This document shows, in pieces, positions 19,178-26,722 of a DNA stretch of 63,771 nucleotides. A program made the position numbers and the translations under genes. A model generated the notes under the pieces. It did not search any database. It had not been told where the DNA came from and saw only the letters and a list, made by a program, of their open reading frames with translations. Each line of letters opens with the position of its first letter. Positions within the stretch are counted from its first letter, which is position 1. The DNA is taken from IMG/VR virus record IMGVR_UViG_3300027741_000060, positions 1 to 63,771 of that record, one strand, 5' to 3'. The DNA is from a virus (Duplodnaviria; Caudoviricetes).

Positions 19178-19855
19178 TTAATTATCTGTATGTATTAATA
19201 CATAATCTTTAAAAGCTGTATGTTCTTTATAATTGTTGCTTGCATGAAGTTGTTTGCATTTAAATTTAAATAGCGAGCCTTTTTTCCATTCAGCTATGCC
19301 ATCTAACTCTAAAAAATCCACAATCGAAGGATACCCTGACCAACAATTCTTTAAATCTAATTTAGTAGAAAGTTTTGAATACTTTTTAAAAGATCGAATA
19401 TTGTCACGAAAACGTCGTAATAAGTCAGATACTCCAGAGTGCCCATTATCAACAGTTTCTTTCCATACCAGAGTTTTAATCCGTTCATCAAATGTTAATG
19501 GAATTATAATTGTTTCTCCGTTGAAACTGCGATCTTTATTAAAATCCACATGAATTCCGGCCGGATAGATTGATCTGGCAAAATATATAGGTGTTAATTT
19601 ATCTAAAGGCTCTGTTAGTATTTTATTAACAATGTTCCTAATAGATTCTCCAACTGGGAGAGCCGATACATTGGTGCGTTCTACTTGTACTAACAACGAA
19701 TCTGAATCTAACTTATAAAGATCTTTGATTTCTTCTTTAGTTAACGTCAGATAATATATATCATTGAATGAAATTGTAGATTTCAAATTTGCAAATTGTT
19801 GTTGTATATTTTCTAACTCCGAGTCAGTTACTATGTTGTCAAAAACGGTTAACAT
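19178..19855 (-). CDS. Possible 2OG-Fe(II) oxygenase-like protein (AT-rich insert)
   Basis: VFDNIV start, IHVD (HxD), distal LHAS; markedly AT-rich relative to its neighbours. Confidence 0.45.
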   Translation of the reverse strand: MLTVFDNIVTDSELENIQQQFANLKSTISFNDIYYLTLTKEEIKDLYKLDSDSLLVQVERTNVSALPVGESIRNIVNKILTEPLDKLTPIYFARSIYPAGIHVDFNKDRSFNGETIIIPLTFDERIKTLVWKETVDNGHSGVSDLLRRFRDNIRSFKKYSKLSTKLDLKNCWSGYPSIVDFLELDGIAEWKKGSLFKFKCKQLHASNNYKEHTAFKDYVLIHTDN

Positions 19856-20781
19856 CACCAACCCTCCTGTCGACGAATTACATCAATTTCACGTGTCATG
19901 GCGCCTTGGTTATGCCAGTTGCTTCTGTAGTGATGTTTGAAGAATTTACTGGCGTCAGCAGACATGTCTGTGATGGGCAGATCCAACTGTGTGACCAAGT
20001 CCGGTGAAATTCTTGCACTCACAGTTTCAGGGTCTGAATCTTTCACAGTTTCCCAGATTTCAGCCAAGGCGTCAAACCACTGTACTTGTGTGTAATCCCA
20101 ATTGGTCAACATGGTCATGTAAGTGCCCTGGCGTGCACCAGCAATGGCCCAGGCACCGTGTTCCACATCGCGACCCACATTGTGCCACACAGTTAGATGA
20201 TCAAGATTGCGTTGATGTACTCTATCTCGAAATTCGGTCACTGTGGGTTTGGCACCTCGGTTAAGACACATTTTGACCCCTTCGCGAAATCCAGCACGCC
20301 AGGCGTGGAATGCTGAACCATTGGGATAGGTCACAGAGTAGCAGTCATGCATGGCCCAGTACAGGGGATCAAAACAAAACTCGACCACAGTTTCAGCACG
20401 ACCATCTGTGGACTCGTGTGTTCGCATGTTTTGCACAAACTCACGGGTCCAGGAACTCAAACCACCGTTGCCGTACATGAGTCCATTGATGTGATTTCTG
20501 GCGCGCCACCTAAACACAGCACGCTCGTATTCTTCAGTGGGAAAGTCCAGTGTGAGGTTGAAAAATTCTGGATCTGGTAAGTTGTCGCCGTCAATGAGAA
20601 TAAATCGTTCAGTAGCACTGGCTTCCGCAGCAGCTTTGTGTGCTGCGTCCGATCCTTTGACTCCGTCCACACGCTGAGCCCAAGGAATCATGTTGCGAAT
20701 TTTTACCCAAAATTCTTCACGCTGTGGCTCATCATAGGAAAGATAAACGCAATCAAGATCGGCTACATCAATACGTTTCAT
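19855..20781 (-). CDS. GT-A-fold glycosyltransferase-like protein
   Basis: CVYLSYDEP, VKGSDAAHKAAA, FILIDGDN (DxD), AWRAGFREG motifs. Confidence 0.6.
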   Translation of the reverse strand: MKRIDVADLDCVYLSYDEPQREEFWVKIRNMIPWAQRVDGVKGSDAAHKAAAEASATERFILIDGDNLPDPEFFNLTLDFPTEEYERAVFRWRARNHINGLMYGNGGLSSWTREFVQNMRTHESTDGRAETVVEFCFDPLYWAMHDCYSVTYPNGSAFHAWRAGFREGVKMCLNRGAKPTVTEFRDRVHQRNLDHLTVWHNVGRDVEHGAWAIAGARQGTYMTMLTNWDYTQVQWFDALAEIWETVKDSDPETVSARISPDLVTQLDLPITDMSADASKFFKHHYRSNWHNQGAMTREIDVIRRQEGW

Positions 20782-21121
20782 AAGTTTTCAAACTCCATTT
20801 TGTACAAGTCATCTGTGTGGCATCAACTACCACTGCAACATTACTAGGATCACAAGTGACGCCTGTTTCGCTAGGCACCAGTTTGGTGATTTGTCGACGA
20901 GGAAGTGCAATTATTTTTCCGTCTTGCACTCGCACATGCAGGGATCCTCGGGCAAATGTTTCTTGGTCAATTTCTATGTAATTACCAGGCAGGTCTTCCA
21001 TGCTGTAGAATAACAAATTACCAGAATCTGTGTAGTACAATCTGTAGAACACGGGCCGGGGAGGTTCGGGTTCCCAGGCTGCAAAAGCAGTCCAAAAGTT
21101 GTCTGTGGTCTCTTGACTCAT
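20768..21121 (-). CDS. Hypothetical protein
   Basis: 117 aa from ATG 21121 (MSQETTDNF...), coupled to both neighbours; FYRLYY motif. Confidence 0.6.
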   Translation of the reverse strand: MSQETTDNFWTAFAAWEPEPPRPVFYRLYYTDSGNLLFYSMEDLPGNYIEIDQETFARGSLHVRVQDGKIIALPRRQITKLVPSETGVTCDPSNVAVVVDATQMTCTKWSLKTYETY

Positions 21122-21903
21122 GACATCCGCCAATCTTTCACATGGTAGTGAAAAAATCCATGCTGTGCTACTGTTTGTATTCGCAGTCCGGGATCGGTGT
21201 TTTCCCACACCAACTCTTGTGTCCAGTTTTCGGTGTGCGTGCCTTGTATGTGTCGCTTCATGTGCACAATGGTCGGACCCATGCCCGGGGGCAAGGTAAC
21301 TGTTTCCACACCTAACACCACAGCGGCCATGGCATACACCACATCTGTGGTGGCTTCTTCGTCGGGAAATTTCAACAAGGTACGCCACTCGGCCCAGTTT
21401 TCAAATATGTCTCTCACTGTCTCAAAAAACTTTTGAGCAGTTCTGCTGAGGCGCCAATAGGTAATAGCATTGTACACATCGGGCAACCCGTTGTGGTCGA
21501 AAATTTTGCGATAGAATCTTGACGCAGCAGGTTCGTCACGAAAGGTTCTGGCACCTTGACTGATCACCACATCTCGATGTTCAAACAGGCTCCACCAGTG
21601 ATCCACCGGACCGGCTGTGATCATGTCAGCTTCCAGCTTGATGGTTTGCCTAAACGGTGATGCCCAAAACAATTGCCAGTCGTTGATTTGCTTGTTGCTG
21701 CTGGTGCTGACATCGCCCCAGGGCAAAGGTATCACATGATCAAACACCGGATTGCTGCACTGGCTGGCGGTTACTACTGCAATTTTTACCGCAGGATGAT
21801 GCTGTCGCAGGCTGTGAGCCAGCTGCTCGGCACAGGCCAAGTAGTCGGTGGTTTCAGTATCAACAGCAGGTATAAGGTACCCGCGTTCAGCTAGAACTGG
21901 CAA
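21118..21903 (-). CDS. Glycosyltransferase-like protein (GT8/GT-A-like)
   Basis: DYLACA, SPFRQTIKLEADM (ExD), TDVVYA, IVHMK. Confidence 0.65.
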   Translation of the reverse strand: MPVLAERGYLIPAVDTETTDYLACAEQLAHSLRQHHPAVKIAVVTASQCSNPVFDHVIPLPWGDVSTSSNKQINDWQLFWASPFRQTIKLEADMITAGPVDHWWSLFEHRDVVISQGARTFRDEPAASRFYRKIFDHNGLPDVYNAITYWRLSRTAQKFFETVRDIFENWAEWRTLLKFPDEEATTDVVYAMAAVVLGVETVTLPPGMGPTIVHMKRHIQGTHTENWTQELVWENTDPGLRIQTVAQHGFFHYHVKDWRMS

Positions 21904-22687
21904 TTATGGCCTCCAGATGTCGTTTGCCCATGGTATGAAAGTCTTGATTTTTTATGGAAATCCAGCGTTTTTTTCTATCCGGGGGTATGAATTCCACTCT
22001 GTAATGATCTTGATCAACTTGGGTGAGATTTTCCACTGGAGTAAGACTAGCCAATGGCCAAGGAATACCCGGGTGATTCAGTGTATGTCCATTCACAATG
22101 CCCAATGCAATACTTAGTGCATGATCGTTGCGGTAGGATTCAATGTTGTTGCCATACAAGCGTCGATAGTGTGACCAGTTGGCACGAATCATGCTCATGG
22201 CATCAAATATCAATTCGGCCTGCTGACTGCGACGAAACATCATCACAGTGGCCCACCACATGGGCATGCGGTAGTTGCCAAAATAGTTGAATTCGTCAAA
22301 ATCATTTTGTCCAGTAATGTCATAGGCCCAGCGATGTGCTAGAAAATCCTGTGATGATTCCAACACAAGATTTAGGTCAGAGCTGGCCACCACATAGTCT
22401 GCATCCAACACCAGAGTTTGATCCCAGGGCGACAATTCATAAGCTGATGCTCGATTGGTATTGCGCCAGATCACATGAGCACCATAATCAGAAAAATATC
22501 GAGAGTTGAATTCGGTATTGTTTTCTATGATCACATGATCAAACAAACCGTCTTTGGGCACTTGATCAGTGACCACAGCCACTGGAATATTCAAGTGCCG
22601 TCGTATGTTACGAGCTGACCAAGCAGCCATGCTCACATAGTCTGTTTGGTCGTTGTTGTAGGCAAATATTAAAGCGCCTGTGGTCAT
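21887..22687 (-). CDS. Glycosyltransferase-like protein (GT8/GT-A-like)
   Basis: DYVSMA, SPWDQTLVLDADY (DxD), RNDHALS, FHTMGK; paralog of the adjacent gene. Confidence 0.7.
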   Translation of the reverse strand: MTTGALIFAYNNDQTDYVSMAAWSARNIRRHLNIPVAVVTDQVPKDGLFDHVIIENNTEFNSRYFSDYGAHVIWRNTNRASAYELSPWDQTLVLDADYVVASSDLNLVLESSQDFLAHRWAYDITGQNDFDEFNYFGNYRMPMWWATVMMFRRSQQAELIFDAMSMIRANWSHYRRLYGNNIESYRNDHALSIALGIVNGHTLNHPGIPWPLASLTPVENLTQVDQDHYRVEFIPPDRKKRWISIKNQDFHTMGKRHLEAIIASSS

Positions 22688-22989
22688 CGATTTTGACTGA
22701 TTTCGGTGTATTCCTGATGCCAGGCATTCATTTGCTCTTGCCAATGCTGCATGGCCTGGCCTCGAAGTTCTTCAGGATTCACACGAACAGGTGTTTCATA
22801 TAGATCCAGGATCACAGCATCACCAGGAGGTACGGTGGCCAATAGCACCAGCAATTCTGGACTAGCACGCCACATGCCACCGGCGTGAGCAAACAGCAAT
22901 CGAGCTTGGTATTTTTCTTTGAGTGTGCGGCGGGCAGCAGCATGTTCAAACCGTGCGCGGCCATGTGCAATTAAGTTGTCAGTGTTCAT
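22684..22989 (-). CDS. Small protein, possible tail fibre assembly chaperone-like
   Basis: 101 aa directly downstream of the fibre genes; function inferred from position only. Confidence 0.45.
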   Translation of the reverse strand: MNTDNLIAHGRARFEHAAARRTLKEKYQARLLFAHAGGMWRASPELLVLLATVPPGDAVILDLYETPVRVNPEELRGQAMQHWQEQMNAWHQEYTEISQNR

Positions 22990-22996
22990 GATCACA

Positions 22997-23025
22997 ATTG
23001 TACAGGTGATTTGGATAAAAGTAAA
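22997..23025 (-). promoter_or_regulatory. Sigma70-type promoter for the modification operon (TTTACT-17 nt-TACAAT)
   Basis: Minus strand reads tttact-tttatccaaatcacctg-tacaat, followed 7 nt later by ATG 22989. Confidence 0.5.
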
Positions 23026-23043
23026 GGGCCCGAAGGCCCTTTT
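23017..23043 (-). terminator. Rho-independent terminator with cUUCGg tetraloop (possibly bidirectional)
   Basis: Minus strand AAAGGGCC-TTCG-GGCCCTTT followed by ACTTTT, immediately after the 23061..24065 gene. Confidence 0.85.
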
Positions 23044-23060
23044 GGTTGACCAGCAGCTGG

Positions 23061-24065
23061 TTAGGCAACTGATGCAGAGATAGTAGGAGTGCCCCAGGTA
23101 TTGGTCAAGTATGTGGTACTTGGAGGAACATAACGGCAGATTGTGGCTGGTGCTGTACCAAAAGCACTATATGGACTTGCAGTATCAGTACCACCGGAGA
23201 TGCTGTTGTTGCGACCCCAGGCAGCTGGATAACCAGCATCCACCCAGGTTGTGACAAATGTAATGGCTGTGCTACCAGCGTTTTTGGCAGCAGTGACTTG
23301 GATGTAGTCGCTGGTGTAGTGATACACATTGTCATACTGTTTGAAAATCACTGTGGCAGCGGCGCCTGCTGTGAGATTGTACCAACCTGTACCTGTGGCC
23401 AAAGTGTTGGGTGTGCCTGATCCACCTGTTTTGGTAGTACCAGTAAAGGATGTACCAGCTAGGGTTTGGTTGGCACCGTTCACACGACCAACTAAGGAAA
23501 TTTGGCCAATAGTGGCAGCAAATGCATTCCAGTCTGGATCTTTGTCTGTACCTGTGGATGATTTGTTGAAATCCAATGCAATTCTGCCACCAGCATTGAA
23601 GAAATATCTTGCTTGATCAGCTGATCCAAATGTCACTGTGTGTGTGAATGTGATGGTCCAACCTGCGGCATTGTTGCCTGTGGCTGCGGTTTTTGCAGAG
23701 CTACCAGTCCATGTCTGGTATGTAGTACCTACACCAGCGGCATTGCCACGGTTTGTGGTACAGTTGGTCAAGTCTGTGTTGAGGTTGCTCAAAATGTTGA
23801 TGGTTGCACCAGCTGTGGGAGCTGATCTGGCAGTCAATGAAGTGCTAGTTTGATTGCCCAAGCTGGTGATACGGTTTACCAAGTCAGCCCACTGTGTGGC
23901 TGTTACTGTACCAGCTGCACTCACGGTGCTCAGGGTGCTGCTTTGGCCCCAACCTTTGTCACCAGAGCCTGCGCCCCAGAGGTCATTCACGTTTGCGCCG
24001 CCAGTGGTGCTGGCAAAACCATTGTAGTCTACAGCTTGAATCAAGCCACCTGAAGAATAAGTCAT
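23061..24065 (-). CDS. Virion structural protein (short fibre/baseplate-associated)
   Basis: Thr/Gly/Ala-rich; MTYSSGGLIQAVDYN start and ARYFFNAGG motif; lies in the tail module. Confidence 0.65.
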   Translation of the reverse strand: MTYSSGGLIQAVDYNGFASTTGGANVNDLWGAGSGDKGWGQSSTLSTVSAAGTVTATQWADLVNRITSLGNQTSTSLTARSAPTAGATINILSNLNTDLTNCTTNRGNAAGVGTTYQTWTGSSAKTAATGNNAAGWTITFTHTVTFGSADQARYFFNAGGRIALDFNKSSTGTDKDPDWNAFAATIGQISLVGRVNGANQTLAGTSFTGTTKTGGSGTPNTLATGTGWYNLTAGAAATVIFKQYDNVYHYTSDYIQVTAAKNAGSTAITFVTTWVDAGYPAAWGRNNSISGGTDTASPYSAFGTAPATICRYVPPSTTYLTNTWGTPTISASVA

Positions 24066-24147
24066 TTTTGTTTCCCTTTGTATTAGTTGATCAATTTCAA
24101 CGCAATTTTATAAAAATTGCTGGGTGATTTCAATCTTTTTTTTATTT

Positions 24148-25902
24148 TTATTTTATAGTTACTATCGCCTCAACAGTACCTAATCCTGAGTCCAGTTTGT
24201 CCGCTAGTGCACGACCAATTGTGTTAAATGCACTAGCTTCTCCAGGTTTTGCTGATCTAGCAACACCGTCGCCCGCTGAAACCAATCTATCGCCCTTATT
24301 TACCTGTCCCACAACTTTGACTGGTACCCTACCAGTCATGGCCACAGGGGGATGGGTGTTGTCAGTTCCGGCGCCAGCATTCATCAAGTATGCTGCTCTT
24401 GTACTTATCACACCAAACACTTTGTCGCTTAAATCCACACCAACTTTGGTGATTTCTGCTGCGCCGCCCAGTTCCACCACAGTGCCTGCTTCATAGTCAG
24501 CATCAGCTGCAAAGCGTTCGGCCACGTCAGCATACTGTGCACTTGTGGATCTTGCAAATACTGTGTTGAAATAGTTGCTGGAATTGCCAATGTTGCCCAC
24601 ACCATTGGCTTGATTGTTCACAATACCGGCTGAGGTCACAGTGACAATGTTTGAGCCACTCACCGCAAACACAATGTCGCCGTTGACGGTACCGATGTTG
24701 GCTTGACTGGTGCCATTACTGATCTTGCTGCCCGAACTAGACACAATGCCAGTCAACCCAGCACCGTTACCAGTAAAATACACACCAGTGACATTGCCGG
24801 TAGCTGTTATGTTGTTGACTGCGTTTAAATTGCCAGAGTATGTGGGCAAGAAAGCTGACACATTGGCATTTGAGTAAGTGGCAGGCAAACCAGTGAGTTG
24901 TGAGCCGTTACCTAAAATATAATTGCCAGTGATGTTGCCAGTGGCACTTACTTGGCCAGCTGTGAAAATGTTACCACCAGTGAGACTACCTGCGGCACTG
25001 ACCAAGCCAGCAGTGAGAATGTTGCCGCCTGCGATGTTGCCTGTTGCACTCACAGTTGTGGTAGGTGCTCCGGGTTGCACAACACCTGTCAGCTGGCTAC
25101 CATCACCACGATAAGATGCTGCATGAACAGTGCCAAAATATGCACCTGCACCACCAATGTTGCTGATGCCATTGCCAGCTGCATTGATAAGGCCTGCGCC
25201 AATAGACACATTGCCTGTTACTGCAATGCTACCAGATGTGCTGGTACTGGTATCAGTGCGCATGAATTGTGAACTGGTCAAGCCAGCCAGTGTTTGCGCT
25301 TCAGTTGCTGTGCCTTGAAAAAAGTATGCACCACCTGTGGTGCTGAGTTGGAAACCTGGACGAACAGTGGCAAAGCCTGAAATTGCTGGACTGGGAGTAA
25401 ATGCAGAATCTGAACTCACAATGCCCACAATGGTGTTGCCCACAGTGAGTTCAATGATGTTGTGGCTCACACTGAGAGTGTCGCTGACCACAACAGGAGT
25501 GGCACCTGTGCCGTTTACGCTGCTGGGACCCACTGTGAGCCAACCAGTGCCGGTGTAAACTTTGAGCAAGCTGTTGGTGCTGTCATACCACAAGTCACCA
25601 GCCACATTGCTGGCAGGAGCAGTGGCACTGGCTGTGGCAGCCGAAATCACTTTGAATATGCTGCCGTTGTAGACTTTTAACAAATTATTAGTACTGTCCC
25701 ACCACAGCTGACCAGTTAGTGGTGCAGTGGGTGCGGTGCTGTTTGATGAATTTTCCAGCAAGTGGATGAAGTTTTCGTCAAGAAATTCACCGTAACCAGC
25801 GTAATTTTTACCCACCAGCACCATGGAGCTAGAGGTATTGATAGTACCGTCGGGTATGGTAGCAAATATTGCTCCATTTGTTAAGTTAATTGTATAGCTC
25901 AT
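24148..25902 (-). CDS. Tail fibre protein with C-terminal intramolecular-chaperone-like domain
   Basis: N-terminal LVGKNYAGYGE...ENFIHLLEN; GQLWWD/GDLWYD; ATGNI/GNGSQLTG repeats; C-terminal YADVAERF...GTVV...GRVPVKV. Confidence 0.8.
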   Translation of the reverse strand: MSYTINLTNGAIFATIPDGTINTSSSMVLVGKNYAGYGEFLDENFIHLLENSSNSTAPTAPLTGQLWWDSTNNLLKVYNGSIFKVISAATASATAPASNVAGDLWYDSTNSLLKVYTGTGWLTVGPSSVNGTGATPVVVSDTLSVSHNIIELTVGNTIVGIVSSDSAFTPSPAISGFATVRPGFQLSTTGGAYFFQGTATEAQTLAGLTSSQFMRTDTSTSTSGSIAVTGNVSIGAGLINAAGNGISNIGGAGAYFGTVHAASYRGDGSQLTGVVQPGAPTTTVSATGNIAGGNILTAGLVSAAGSLTGGNIFTAGQVSATGNITGNYILGNGSQLTGLPATYSNANVSAFLPTYSGNLNAVNNITATGNVTGVYFTGNGAGLTGIVSSSGSKISNGTSQANIGTVNGDIVFAVSGSNIVTVTSAGIVNNQANGVGNIGNSSNYFNTVFARSTSAQYADVAERFAADADYEAGTVVELGGAAEITKVGVDLSDKVFGVISTRAAYLMNAGAGTDNTHPPVAMTGRVPVKVVGQVNKGDRLVSAGDGVARSAKPGEASAFNTIGRALADKLDSGLGTVEAIVTIK

Positions 25903-25923
25903 GCTTTCTCCGTCCTAGTAGCG

Positions 25924-25929
25924 TATTTA
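25924..25929 (-). promoter_or_regulatory. T4-type late promoter motif TAAATA
   Basis: AATAAATA upstream of the GGAGA RBS and ATG 25902. Confidence 0.55.
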
Positions 25930-25951
25930 TTGCAAAATAATATGTACATAT

Positions 25952-26560
25952 TTATGCAGCACTGAGGTTGGTCAGTGTTTGGATCCTCAAGGTGTAGTCG
26001 ATTTGAATCTGACGATTCAAACTCTTTTGCACTGGGTGAAATATCACATGGGTGATCAAGCGCAGATTGTCTGCGCTGCCGTTCCAGGACTTGAGTCCCA
26101 GTTCGTCAAACACATATTCACCGTTGAAATTGGTGGAATTGTCAAAGGCCTGTTGTCCGTCGGGTTCACCGTAGTCCAACAAACAGCTGACCAATATGTC
26201 AGTGTATACTTTTCCCGAAGTGTGCAACACTGTCATGTTGTTGTTGGCAGTGTCTGTGTTGGCAGCAGAATTGTCATCCACAACCTTGGCATAGGTTTGA
26301 TTGTACAAGTCAGCGTTCTGACCTGTGGTGTTGGGGGGCAAATAGGTAATAACACCGGTGGGATCCACTGAGCTGCCACCGTTGCCAAAGGCCATTTGAT
26401 AGATATAGCCTACATCTCGGTTGCTCAAGGTCTGGGCCATGGCAATGGAGATATTTTCGTAATGAATTTTATTCTTTTTGTCTACCAGAATTTCTCCCGA
26501 AACAGGGTCAAATATCTTGACAAAACCTTGAATTTGGGTCAGGCCCGGAGTGATAATCAT
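25952..26560 (-). CDS. Baseplate/tail structural protein
   Basis: 202 aa; FGNGG, CLLDYGEP, FDELGL, THVIFHPVQKS motifs; located in the tail module. Confidence 0.65.
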   Translation of the reverse strand: MIITPGLTQIQGFVKIFDPVSGEILVDKKNKIHYENISIAMAQTLSNRDVGYIYQMAFGNGGSSVDPTGVITYLPPNTTGQNADLYNQTYAKVVDDNSAANTDTANNNMTVLHTSGKVYTDILVSCLLDYGEPDGQQAFDNSTNFNGEYVFDELGLKSWNGSADNLRLITHVIFHPVQKSLNRQIQIDYTLRIQTLTNLSAA

Positions 26561-26706
26561 GCTCGTTTCTCCACAAAAATTTCCCCGGTTTTGGGATCTC
26601 GGATGCGAACATGTGCTTCTACCGAAACAGATCCGGTATCGTTGGGCTTGCGAGGAGCTGGCACAACAGGCTGCGCAGGAGTGACGGGTACTGTGTTTTG
26701 AGTCAT
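26557..26706 (-). CDS. Small 49-aa protein (MTQNTVPV...HVRIRDPKTGEIFVEKRA)
   Basis: Manually translated; preceded by TAAATA; ATGA overlap with the next gene; C-terminus resembles the next gene's VKIFDPVSGEILVDKK. Confidence 0.6.
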   Translation of the reverse strand: MTQNTVPVTPAQPVVPAPRKPNDTGSVSVEAHVRIRDPKTGEIFVEKRA

Positions 26707-26710
26707 ATGC

Positions 26711-26716
26711 TATTTA
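26711..26716 (-). promoter_or_regulatory. T4-type late promoter motif TAAATA
   Basis: GGTAAATA just upstream of ATG 26706. Confidence 0.5.
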
Positions 26717-26722
26717 CCATGT

